Assembly (NCBI GenBank): GCA_000998135.1
Contig: LCCV01000003.1
Location: 6,392 to 70,391, forward strand
From: Parcubacteria group bacterium GW2011_GWA2_42_14
GTDB taxonomy: Bacteria; Patescibacteriota; Minisyncoccia; Sungbacterales; GWA2-42-14
Direction of reading: 5' to 3'
Length of the DNA stretch: 64,000 bases
Each line of letters opens with the position of its first letter. The first letter of the stretch is position 1. This document shows positions 36,547-45,373 of the stretch, piece after piece. The notes below the pieces were generated by a model that ran no database searches, was not told the DNA's origin, and saw only the letters and a program-made list of their open reading frames with translations. A program made the translations under genes and the position numbers.

Positions 36547-37470
36547 ATGACTGATAAAAGTTCAAAAATAATAGTAACTGGCGGTGCAGGTTTTATCGGC
36601 TCTAATCTCGTTGATGGGTTAGTTAACGAGGGGTATTCAAACATTCATGTTATTGATAATCTTGTCGCGGGAAAAGAGGAGTATGTAAATCCTTCAGCTC
36701 AACTTCATAAACTTGATATCAGGGATTTTGACGCGATTGTTCCTATTTTTCAAGGCGCCCGTTTTGTGTTTCATCTTGCTGCTCTTCCGCGGGTTCAGCC
36801 GTCCATTCTTGACCCGCGCACAACACACGACGTTAATGTTACCGGAACGCTTAATGTCTTTCTTGCCGCCCGCGATGGCGGAGTAAGGCGCGTTATATAT
36901 TCGGCATCTTCTTCGGCCTACGGCGACCAGAAAACATTGCCTCTTAAAGAAGAAATGGAGGCCTGTCCTCAAAGCCCCTATGGACTTCAGAAGTATGAAG
37001 GAGAGCTTCTTGCCCGTCTTTTTTCGGAGTTATACGGCCTTGAGACAGTGTCGCTTAGGTATTTTAACGTGTATGGTCCTCGCGCCGCCTCAGACGGGGC
37101 GTATGCATTAGTAATCGCCATATTTCTTAATCAGCGAAAAAAAGGCGAACCAATGACTATTGTTCCTGATGGAACACAGTCGCGCGATTATACGCATGTC
37201 AGCGATGTTGTCCGCGCTAATATTCTTGCGGCAACATCTTCCAATGTCGGCAAGGGAGAAGTTATTAATATCGGGGGAGGACATAATCGTACGGTGTTGG
37301 AAGTAGCCAAGTTTATCGGTGGCCCTACGGTTTTTATTGAACATAGGATTGAGCCTAAACATACGTTTGCGGACATTTCCCTCGCTAAAAATCTTTTGGG
37401 CTGGGAGCCGCAAGTAAAATTTGAAGAGGGGATTCAAGAGTTGAAAAAGATGTATGATTTGACGGATTAA
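36547..37470 (+). CDS. NAD-dependent nucleotide-sugar epimerase/dehydratase
   Basis: TGGAGFIGS, SASSSAYG, YGLQK, RYFNVYGP; start set to MTDKS. Confidence 0.92.
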   Translation: MTDKSSKIIVTGGAGFIGSNLVDGLVNEGYSNIHVIDNLVAGKEEYVNPSAQLHKLDIRDFDAIVPIFQGARFVFHLAALPRVQPSILDPRTTHDVNVTGTLNVFLAARDGGVRRVIYSASSSAYGDQKTLPLKEEMEACPQSPYGLQKYEGELLARLFSELYGLETVSLRYFNVYGPRAASDGAYALVIAIFLNQRKKGEPMTIVPDGTQSRDYTHVSDVVRANILAATSSNVGKGEVINIGGGHNRTVLEVAKFIGGPTVFIEHRIEPKHTFADISLAKNLLGWEPQVKFEEGIQELKKMYDLTD

Positions 37471-37510
37471 TATTTTTTTACCACACTCGCTCGCTAGTTA
37501 GGATTTTTCT

Positions 37511-37563
37511 AAAATTTATCTAAATTTACATTGAACGATCGGTCAATAGTGATTTAGATAAAA
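37511..37563. repeat. ~52-bp palindrome upstream of the PaaX-like gene
   Basis: TTTATCTAAAT...TTGAACGATCGGTCAA...ATTTAGATAAA. Confidence 0.8.
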
Positions 37564-37566
37564 AAT

Positions 37567-38103
37567 ATGGAATTAAAACATCTTATACTTCAAAAAATTG
37601 CTGAATTGGGCGAGGTGATGCTTAACGGTTTTTTCCCGTCCAAATACCCGGAAGCAAGATTATGGCGTAATCTGCTCGGAGCCGAGTCCTCCTATAAATT
37701 TTCCAAACCGACTTTTTCCGCGATACTGACTCAATTACGGGAGGAGGGATTTGTTAAGCGGAAGAACACAAGAAAGAAATCTGAGTGGCATATTACGTCC
37801 AAGGGTTTAAAGCATCTTCAGTTTAAAAAGGCGTTCAATGCCAATGCGATAATGGTAAAAAAAGACGGTATTGCGCGCATTGTGTGTTTTGATATCCCGG
37901 AGCGGGAAAGGAAGAAACGGCGCTGGATTCGGGAAGAGTTATTAAGTTTGGGGTACCAGCCGCTTCAAAAAAGCGTCTGGCTGGGATTTTCTCCAATATC
38001 GGAAGATTTTTTTAAAGATCTGGAGTTGCTTTCATTGCGAAGTTATATCCATATTTTTAGCGTGGATAAAAAAGGCACTATTGAAAAGACGTGGCAGGGG
38101 TAG
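37567..38103 (+). CDS. PaaX-like protein (winged helix plus Cas2-like ferredoxin-fold domain)
   Basis: LTQLREEGFV...WHITSKG; IVCFDIPERERKKRRWIR...LGYQPLQKSVW. Confidence 0.85.
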   Translation: MELKHLILQKIAELGEVMLNGFFPSKYPEARLWRNLLGAESSYKFSKPTFSAILTQLREEGFVKRKNTRKKSEWHITSKGLKHLQFKKAFNANAIMVKKDGIARIVCFDIPERERKKRRWIREELLSLGYQPLQKSVWLGFSPISEDFFKDLELLSLRSYIHIFSVDKKGTIEKTWQG

Positions 38104-38152
38104 TAGACGTGAAAGTAAAAAATTCCCTTTTTATGCTTCTTTCCTTGTTTAG

Positions 38153-38209
38153 AAAATTTATCTAAATTGCTATTGAACGACCGTTCAAGGTAAATTTAGA
38201 TAAATTTTT
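38153..38209. repeat. Inverted copy of the 37511 palindrome downstream of the PaaX-like gene
   Basis: Reverse complement differs from the upstream copy at about 5 positions. Confidence 0.8.
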
Positions 38210-38395
38210 TACCAGTTTTTCCTGGATAATAATCGATACCGGAATCATTGTGTTAGTTTCTTGAAGTCGCCCCGTCGGGTTTGCATTTTAAGCTGGTTTT
38301 TGTTATAAAGGTTATGCCGTTGGCTGGGGTCAGCTTGACGGGTGAGTTCTTTGACGGTGTGTCCCTCCCTGTAGAATTGAGGGGCAAAACAAATC

Positions 38396-39394
38396 TTGTC
38401 CGCCAGGGCGGACATGACAGCCTGCCCGGCTGTAGAAAGAGGCAAAATGTCCGGCACGAACGACCTTATGCGCATTTCGGCTATTGTCCAGGATGTTTTT
38501 GAACCGCTTCATACTGGCATAAGTTTGGTTTTCACCATCGCGCCAAATGGCAAAGTGTGGGGGAAACGGCTTGATGTAAAAAGCACAAGCAGAGATGTTG
38601 AGCTTGAAATTTTTTCCGGCACCGATGACGGGTATGTGCTTTGGAAATTAGACGGGGGCAACCGGGTCCGGCGTTACCCCAATGTTTTGACTATCGAACA
38701 AAGGCGTAAGGTTGATATGATAATGTTTGAGGAGCGAACGATAACTCATCTTTTGAGCACGATCGTTGTGCTGGCCCCTATAAATCTTCCCGACAATTAT
38801 TTGCCGTCAATGCGGCCATATTTACTTTTTCGGGGTCTGCATGAGCAACCTGCCTTACGGCGAAATATTTTTGCGCATGTTGTTGATTGTTCAGATGATT
38901 CTTCTCCGTTGGCGGGGAGTAAGGGCGGCTTATGGTCAATTCAATATTGTGATAAAAGATTTTCTTTCGTCTTTTTCGATCCCAGAGAACAAGATGAATA
39001 CTTGCAAGGAAGAAAGTTAGAGAGGAATGAATATTCTATTGCTAATGTATGTTTGCATCAGCGCGCGGAGAATAATAAGACAATTTTTCCACGGCATGAA
39101 TTTTATGCAGTACAAGCGCAAAATGGCGAATTCGACCTTTTTCGTTCCGGCGCGTTTCAGAGACAGAAGCTCTTTTTACGGCCCGTTGTGCGCGTAACAT
39201 ATGGCGGGCATGATTTCTTTGATTATTTCAAGGTGGATGACGTTTTGCTGCTTCTTGAAGAATTCAGGACAACAGAAACGGATTCGGAGTTTACGTGGAC
39301 TATCGCGGTTGCTCAAAATAAGTTTATACGGAACATATTGCGTTTGCACTCAAATAGCAAAACTCTTTTTCAGGCGTTAAAAATTCAAAAATAA
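38396..39394 (+). CDS. Hypothetical protein
   Basis: 332-aa ORF, no motif recognised; start uncertain. Confidence 0.6.
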   Translation: MSARADMTACPAVERGKMSGTNDLMRISAIVQDVFEPLHTGISLVFTIAPNGKVWGKRLDVKSTSRDVELEIFSGTDDGYVLWKLDGGNRVRRYPNVLTIEQRRKVDMIMFEERTITHLLSTIVVLAPINLPDNYLPSMRPYLLFRGLHEQPALRRNIFAHVVDCSDDSSPLAGSKGGLWSIQYCDKRFSFVFFDPREQDEYLQGRKLERNEYSIANVCLHQRAENNKTIFPRHEFYAVQAQNGEFDLFRSGAFQRQKLFLRPVVRVTYGGHDFFDYFKVDDVLLLLEEFRTTETDSEFTWTIAVAQNKFIRNILRLHSNSKTLFQALKIQK

Positions 39395-39448
39395 GTGGCT
39401 TTTATGCCGCTTTATTTTTTTTAAAAAATCTATATACTAAGTAATGGT

Positions 39449-40189
39449 ATGTTAGAAATATCAATTGGGGCGGAAAAAATATTTGAAGTGGCAGGGTTTC
39501 CTATTACTAATACGCTTTTGACGACCTGGATGGTGGTCGGTTTTTTTGTTGTCGTAAGCCAGTTATTGGTTAGGCGGCTTCAGTTGGTTCCGGCCGGCAT
39601 CCAAAGTGTTTTTGAAGCGGTCATTGAAGGGGTGCTCGGCATGATGGACGGTGTTTTGGGAGAGCGGAAAAGGTCAGAAAAATATTTTCCCTTGATCGCA
39701 ACAATCTTTCTTTTTGTCATATCTTCCAATTGGTTCGGTATTTTTCCCGGGTTCGGGTCAATCGGTTTTAATGAAATTTATGAAGGAAATGAAGTGTTTA
39801 TCCCATTTTTTCGGTCCGGGGCGGCAGATCTTAATTTTACTCTTGCTCTTGCCATCATTTCCGTTATTTCGGTGCAGTTTTTGGGAATCGCGGCGATAGG
39901 GTTTTTCAAGCATGCAAAGAAGTATTTCACCTTTAAAAACCCCATTGAAACCTTTGTTGGGCTACTTGAATTTATCTCCGAAATTGCTAAAATGATTTCG
40001 TTCTCGTTTCGGCTGTTTGGGAACGTTTTTGCCGGGGAGGTTCTTCTTATTATAATGGGGTTTTTGGTGCCGTATTTCGTTCCTGTTCCATTCTTGTTTC
40101 TTGAGTTATTTGTCGGTTTTATCCAGGCGCTGGTGTTTGCCATGCTGACGCTTGTGTTTCTCGGCATGGCGGTATCGGAGCATCATTAA
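39449..40189 (+). CDS. atpB: ATP synthase F0 subunit a
   Basis: SFSFRLFGNVFAGE, FIQALVF. Confidence 0.97.
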   Translation: MLEISIGAEKIFEVAGFPITNTLLTTWMVVGFFVVVSQLLVRRLQLVPAGIQSVFEAVIEGVLGMMDGVLGERKRSEKYFPLIATIFLFVISSNWFGIFPGFGSIGFNEIYEGNEVFIPFFRSGAADLNFTLALAIISVISVQFLGIAAIGFFKHAKKYFTFKNPIETFVGLLEFISEIAKMISFSFRLFGNVFAGEVLLIIMGFLVPYFVPVPFLFLELFVGFIQALVFAMLTLVFLGMAVSEHH

Positions 40190-40266
40190 GTTAACCAACA
40201 ACCGATAACCAACAACTCACAACAGGACTGTTGTAAGTTGTAAGTTATAAGTTGTAAGTCAATAAT

Positions 40267-40494
40267 ATGGAGTCAGAATCAATGAAACTTTTGGCAACGG
40301 CCATTGTTATGGCGGTTGGGACCGTCGGTCCGGCGCTTGCCATCGGCATGCTTGCCTCAAAAGGCCTTCAGGCAATAGGTCGGAATCCGGAAGCATCGGG
40401 AAAAATTCAGACGGCGATGATTTTAGCAATTGCTTTTGCCGAGGCCATTGCGATATACGCGCTGGTAGTGGCCCTTATTATAAAGTTTGTGTAG
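40267..40494 (+). CDS. atpE: ATP synthase F0 subunit c
   Basis: IGRNPEA...AFAEAIAIY. Confidence 0.97.
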   Translation: MESESMKLLATAIVMAVGTVGPALAIGMLASKGLQAIGRNPEASGKIQTAMILAIAFAEAIAIYALVVALIIKFV

Positions 40495-40566
40495 AGACAA
40501 GAGACATGAGACAAGAGACATGGAAGTTGAAACATGTCGCATGTCGCATGTCGCATGTCGCATGTC
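40494..40566. repeat. Heptamer arrays GAGACAW then (CATGTCG)x4 running into the atpF ATG
   Basis: Seen directly. Confidence 0.85.
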
Positions 40567-41062
40567 AGAATTAATTCACCAATTTGGCATTGAATGGAAA
40601 ATTCTGGTCGCCCAGATAGTTAATTTTTTTATTTTGCTTGTTATTCTGAAGAAATTCGCGTATGGCCCGATTTTAAATATTTTAAAGGAGCGAAGGAAAA
40701 AAATTGAAGAAGGGCTTTTGGCCGCGGAAGAATCGCAAAAAAAGCTTGGTGAGGCCGAGAAAGAAAAAGAGGGGATTTTGACAGATGCCAGAAAAGAATC
40801 GATCGGTATCATCCAAAAATCGGAAGTAACGGCCAGAGAAAAAGAAAGCCAAATTTTAACCGAGGCAGGCAAAAAAGCCGAAGGAATTTTCGTTGAAGAA
40901 AAAGCAAAAATTCACGAGGAAAAGCTAAAAATGAAAGAAGACATATACAAAGAATTTTCGGTATTTTTGAAAGAAGCATTAGCAAAAATTGTTGAAAAGT
41001 CGCCGCAAGATTTGGACGATAATTTAATACAAGAAACTTTGCGGGAATTGAAGGAAATGTAA
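40562..41062 (+). CDS. atpF: ATP synthase F0 subunit b
   Basis: AQIVNFFILL..LKKFAYGPI...ERRKKI; start MSELIH. Confidence 0.95.
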   Translation: MSELIHQFGIEWKILVAQIVNFFILLVILKKFAYGPILNILKERRKKIEEGLLAAEESQKKLGEAEKEKEGILTDARKESIGIIQKSEVTAREKESQILTEAGKKAEGIFVEEKAKIHEEKLKMKEDIYKEFSVFLKEALAKIVEKSPQDLDDNLIQETLRELKEM

Positions 41063-41313
41063 AAAGTGTCATGGAAAATGAAAAACCCGCCAGACGTCTT
41101 AAGGACTTGGCGGGGGCAGAAAGTTGCCAGCTGTTTTCAAGAAGCGACAGAGATATCACGGGAAGTGATATCTCGCAATCCTGCCTGTTCCGAGCAGTGC
41201 CGGGGGAAGCGAGATTGAGGGATAAAAAGTGTTATATGAACAGCAATTCGTGAAGAGCCATACGGTTGGGAAAATTTGTTGGAGCTTTTGTCCGATTCAA
41301 TTAGAATAATGTT

Positions 41314-41802
41314 ATGCATAAAAAGGAGAATAATTTCGCTTTTATAGATAATACCAATGTGCATAAGGGCATCCAGATGCTCGGGTGGAAATTAGATTTA
41401 GCGAAATTTAGGAAACTGCTTATGGAGCGATACGGTGTTACCCGTGCATATATGTTTATAGGGTATCTTGCCGGTAATCAAGACATGTATCGGGATTTTC
41501 AGAATATGGGATATACGTTGATTTTCAAACCGACGCTCCTTAACAAAAACGGTGAAGTAAAAGGCAATTGTGATGCGGAGTTAGTGTTGCAAGTCATGAT
41601 TGACCTTAGTGAATATGGGAAAGCCGTGATTGTTACGGGTGACGGCGATTTTCAATGCCTCGTGAAGCATTTGAGAAAAATCGGCAAATTGGGCTATGTC
41701 GTTAGCCCAAACATAAAATGGTGCTCAATTTTGTTAAAACGCGAGGCGAGAAGTAACCACGTATTTATTGAAGAAATGAGGTCTAGGTTGGAGTTGAAAT
41801 GA
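41314..41802 (+). CDS. NYN (LabA/DUF88, PIN-fold) domain protein
   Basis: AFIDNTN, KGNCDAELV, VTGDGDF acidic motifs. Confidence 0.9.
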   Translation: MHKKENNFAFIDNTNVHKGIQMLGWKLDLAKFRKLLMERYGVTRAYMFIGYLAGNQDMYRDFQNMGYTLIFKPTLLNKNGEVKGNCDAELVLQVMIDLSEYGKAVIVTGDGDFQCLVKHLRKIGKLGYVVSPNIKWCSILLKREARSNHVFIEEMRSRLELK

Positions 41803-41843
41803 AAAGGGCCCCTGATGGGACGAACCTATTAAGGGACCTTTTC
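41801..41843. other. Hairpin overlapping the NYN stop codon
   Basis: GAAAAGG...CCTTTTC closed stem with ACGAA loop. Confidence 0.7.
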
Positions 41844-41857
41844 GTATTGATACCACT

Positions 41858-41885
41858 AGTATAGCAAATGGAGGACTATTGTCAA
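41858..41885 (-). promoter_or_regulatory. Antisense sigma70 promoter TTGACA-16-TATACT with extended -10
   Basis: Consensus hexamers pointing into the hairpin and the NYN 3' end. Confidence 0.65.
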
Positions 41886-41936
41886 GCGGGTGGGGATAAC
41901 TAGATTTCTCATTCGCATAGCACATCAAAAAGTGTT

Positions 41937-42360
41937 ATGGAAAGCAATAATGAGAAAAAAGAGAAATTCTACGCTGGCGGATTTCTGTATAACCCCCAAA
42001 TAAAATCGGTGCTTTTGCATCACCGCGATGATAAAACACCAATTCACCCGAATCAGTGGGGATTTTTTGGGGGTCAGAACGAAGGTAGCGAATCGCCAAA
42101 AGAATGTTTTATACGGGAATTGAAAGAAGAGCTCGGCGTTGAAGTGTGGGAAAGTGAAGTGAAGGTATTGTGCGATTATTTGAATAAAAATCGCGGAACT
42201 TGGCGTTCTATTCTATGTTCAAAGTAAACTAGATAAATCGCAAATGACACTTGGGGAAGGGGCGGGTTTTGACTGGATACCGCTTGCAAAAGTATTTGAG
42301 TATGATTTAACTGAGAAAACGGCCCACGATTTAAAAACATTCCTGCGGTTAAAGGAGTAA
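41937..42360 (+). pseudogene. NUDIX hydrolase with a frameshift near 42205
   Basis: GGQNEGSESPKECFIRELKEELG Nudix box; continues in another frame as FYVQSKLDKSQMTLGEGAGFDW... Confidence 0.8.
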
Positions 42361-42415
42361 ATATAAGAGGAGTTAGGGTAATAAATAAAGAAATTTAAAA
42401 AAGTCAGGTCATTTT

Positions 42416-42784
42416 ATGAAATACCAGTCCAAAATTTATGCCCGAGCTTTTTTGGGGGCGTATGAAAAAAAATCCGCGCCGGAAACGGTCAGGAGGTTTT
42501 TAGGCCTTGTCAGAAAAAACGGCGATTTTTCAAAATTGCCGAAAATTTTGTACGATTTTAAAAAACTTTATAATAAAAATCATGGAATTAAGGAGGTAAA
42601 AGTGGAAATAGCGCGAGAGGATAAAAGCATAATCAATCAAGTTAAAGAAATTTTAAAATTAAAACAGGAGCCGGAAGTTGAAATCAAAAAAGAAATTTTA
42701 GGAGGTGTTATTGTTTCTATTGATGATGAAGTTATTGTTGATGGAAGTATTAAGTCAAGAATTGATAATATGTTTAGGAATTAG
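42416..42784 (+). CDS. atpH: ATP synthase F1 subunit delta (short)
   Basis: YARAF...ILGGVIV...VDGSIKSRI; operon position. Confidence 0.9.
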   Translation: MKYQSKIYARAFLGAYEKKSAPETVRRFLGLVRKNGDFSKLPKILYDFKKLYNKNHGIKEVKVEIAREDKSIINQVKEILKLKQEPEVEIKKEILGGVIVSIDDEVIVDGSIKSRIDNMFRN

Positions 42785-43277
42785 AAACGGAATTACGCTG
42801 ATTGAGTACGCTGAAATACGCTGAAAAAACATGAACAAAGTTAAAGATTTTTTATATGAAAGAGAATCGTATGAAATTCGTGGCGCCATTTTTGAAGTTT
42901 GGAAAAACTTTAGGGGAGTTTTTAAGGAAAAGATAATTGAGAATGCCCTGAAGAAAGAATTGAGGTATAGAGGATTTATTGTAGAATCACAGAAGAAAAT
43001 AGACATTTACTATAAAGGCGAGAAGGTTGACAATTATACTCCAGATATTATTGTTAATAATTCCATTCTTATGGAATTAAAATCGAAGTCATTTTTAACC
43101 AAAGAAGACGAAAGGCAATTTTGGTATTATTTACGAGGAAGCCAGTACATATTAGGATTTTTAGTTAACTTCGGTTCAAAAGAAATAGAAATAAGGAGGA
43201 GAATTTATGATAAGGCCAGAGAGCAATATAAAGAAATTAGCGTTTAATCAGCGTACTCATCCGTAATATCAGCTTCT
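42785..43277. mobile_element. Putative GxxExxY element: gene bracketed by inverted ACGCTGA arrays
   Basis: TGAGTACGCTGA upstream and TCAGCGTACTCA downstream. Confidence 0.6.
42831..43247 (+). CDS. GxxExxY family PD-(D/E)XK protein
   Basis: SYEIRGAIFEV...ESQ...PDIIV...MELK...QFWYYL...GFLVNFG. Confidence 0.9.
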   Translation: MNKVKDFLYERESYEIRGAIFEVWKNFRGVFKEKIIENALKKELRYRGFIVESQKKIDIYYKGEKVDNYTPDIIVNNSILMELKSKSFLTKEDERQFWYYLRGSQYILGFLVNFGSKEIEIRRRIYDKAREQYKEISV

Positions 43278-43287
43278 ACACACATTA

Positions 43288-44907
43288 ATGCAAGAAATAA
43301 TTAATAAGTTAAAAAAAGAAATTGAGGGTTTTAAATCCGAAATCAAGGCCGAAAAAATCGGGCGGGTTTTTGAAGTGGGCGACGGGGTATGCAGAATTTG
43401 GGGGTTATCGGATGCCATGGCGCAGGAGTTGTTGGAAATAGAAACTGATTCGGGCGCGGTAAACGCCATTGCCTTGAATTTAGAGGAAGATTCTATTGGG
43501 GCAGTAATTCTCGGCGATTTTTTGAAAGTGAAAGAAGGAAATGTGGTAAAGGGAACCGGCCGCGTTCTTTCTTTGCGCGTTGGAGATGAACTGGTTGGCA
43601 GAGTTGTAAATGCCTTGGGTGACCCAATTGACGGTAGGGGACCTGTATTTGATACCGTAGACAGTCGCGGACAGGACGCAGTCAAAGCGCGGACAAACGC
43701 AGACCATACGCAGACTGACGCAGAAAGTCCGCGACTGTCCGCGTTAAGTCCGCGTGAGTCCGCGCCTGGATATTACCCGGTAGAAAAGATAGCCCCCGGT
43801 GTAATTACCCGTGAATCCGTAAATACCCCGCTTCATACCGGAATTAAAGCGATTGATGCCATGATTCCCATTGGCAGGGGGCAACGCGAACTTATTATCG
43901 GCGACAGGCAGACCGGAAAAACAGCAATAGTTATTGATGCCATTATTAATCAACAGCAGGATACTTCGCGAAGAACGCCGATTTGCATTTATGTTGCTGT
44001 GGGCCAGAGAGAGTCAAAAGTCGCCAAAATTGTTGCTGAATTGAAAAAGAAAGGAGCGATGAAATATACGATTGTGGTTTCCGCATCCGCATCCGAGCCC
44101 GCGCCCTTGCAATATTTAGCGCCATTTGCCGGATGCGCCATAGGCGAGTACTTCATGGACAAGGGTCAGGACGCATTGGTGATTTATGATGATTTAACCA
44201 AGCATGCTTCAGCTTATCGCCAGGTTTCTCTTTTATTGCGCCGTCCTCCGGGGCGAGAAGCATTTCCCGGAGATATTTTTTATCTTCATTCGCGCTTGCT
44301 TGAAAGAGCCGCGAAACTCAATAAAGATTACGGAGGCGGTTCTTTAACTGCGTTGCCGATTATTGAAACCCAACTTGGCGATGTTTCCGCGTATATTCCA
44401 ACCAATGTCATTTCAATTACCGATGGCCAGATTTATCTTGAGCCGGATTTGTTTTATCAAGGGATAAGGCCCGCTGTAAACGTTGGGTTGTCGGTTTCGC
44501 GCGTGGGTTCGGCCGCTCAAACCAAGGCCATGAAAAAAGTCGCCGGCCGGCTTCGTTTGGATTTAGCGCAATTCCGGGAATTACAGGCATTTGTGCAGTT
44601 TGCTACTGATTTGGACGAATCAACAAAAAAGAGAATTGTCCGCGGACAGGTTTTAACCGAAATTTTAAAGCAGAATGATTTGGAGCCGATGCTGTTTGAA
44701 AAACAGGTAGCGGTTTTATACGCGGGAGTAAACGGATATTTAGATACTATTGATATTGCGGAAATTAAAAATTTTGAAAAGAAGTTTTTGGAATACATTG
44801 AAAAAATGAATGACGACATTTTAGAAAAAATAAAAACCTCCGGAGAATTATCACAGGAGATTGAAGATAGATTAAAGAAAATCATAGAAGATTTCAAAAA
44901 AATGTAG
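43288..44907 (+). CDS. atpA: ATP synthase F1 subunit alpha with in-frame repeat insertion
   Basis: [26 protein letters not shown]. Confidence 0.98.
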   Translation: MQEIINKLKKEIEGFKSEIKAEKIGRVFEVGDGVCRIWGLSDAMAQELLEIETDSGAVNAIALNLEEDSIGAVILGDFLKVKEGNVVKGTGRVLSLRVGDELVGRVVNALGDPIDGRGPVFDTVDSRGQDAVKARTNADHTQTDAESPRLSALSPRESAPGYYPVEKIAPGVITRESVNTPLHTGIKAIDAMIPIGRGQRELIIGDRQTGKTAIVIDAIINQQQDTSRRTPICIYVAVGQRESKVAKIVAELKKKGAMKYTIVVSASASEPAPLQYLAPFAGCAIGEYFMDKGQDALVIYDDLTKHASAYRQVSLLLRRPPGREAFPGDIFYLHSRLLERAAKLNKDYGGGSLTALPIIETQLGDVSAYIPTNVISITDGQIYLEPDLFYQGIRPAVNVGLSVSRVGSAAQTKAMKKVAGRLRLDLAQFRELQAFVQFATDLDESTKKRIVRGQVLTEILKQNDLEPMLFEKQVAVLYAGVNGYLDTIDIAEIKNFEKKFLEYIEKMNDDILEKIKTSGELSQEIEDRLKKIIEDFKKM

Positions 44908-44913
44908 CAGGGT

Positions 44914-45364
44914 GTCATCCTGAGGCCACAGCCGAAGGATCTTATAAGATTCTTCGCTCCGCTCGGCTCCGCTCAGAATGACGAAGGCTAAGTTTTGTTT
45001 TTCTCTTTATCCCAAGTGAAGTGATAGCTAAGCGAAGAATCTTTCTTTATGAAAAATTATTATGTATACATTGCAACAAATTGGAAAAATACCGTATTTT
45101 ACACCGGAGTAACAAACAATTTAGCGAGACGCATGCGCGAACATAAAAATAAATTATTCGAAGGATTCACCAAAAAATATAATGTAAATAAATTAGTTTT
45201 TTATGAAGTGTTTAAAAATCCCATTGAGGCAATAGGCGCTGAAAAGAAAATTAAGGGTTGGTTGCGGAGAAAAAAGATTGATTTAATAAAAAGCAAAAAT
45301 CAAGAGTTTAAAGATTTGTCTGACGAATTATTTTGAGATCCTTCGGGTGCGCCCTCAGGATGAC
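44914..45364. mobile_element. Putative GIY-YIG element with 29-bp inverted termini
   Basis: GTCATCCTGAGG...CCGAAGGATCT / AGATCCTTCGG...CCTCAGGATGAC. Confidence 0.65.
45049..45336 (+). CDS. Stand-alone GIY-YIG nuclease
   Basis: YYVYIAT...FYTGVTNNLARRMREHK...FTKKY...EKKIKGW. Confidence 0.92.
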   Translation: MKNYYVYIATNWKNTVFYTGVTNNLARRMREHKNKLFEGFTKKYNVNKLVFYEVFKNPIEAIGAEKKIKGWLRRKKIDLIKSKNQEFKDLSDELF

Positions 45365-45373
45365 GAAAAAAGT

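Noticed and set aside
37511-38209. CRISPR locus suggested by the Cas2-like domain and repeats
   Set aside because: Only two inverted palindromes, no repeat-spacer array and no cas1
41071-41253. 60-aa ORF after atpF as a real gene
   Set aside because: Built from a duplicated start fragment and palindromic repeats; no protein features
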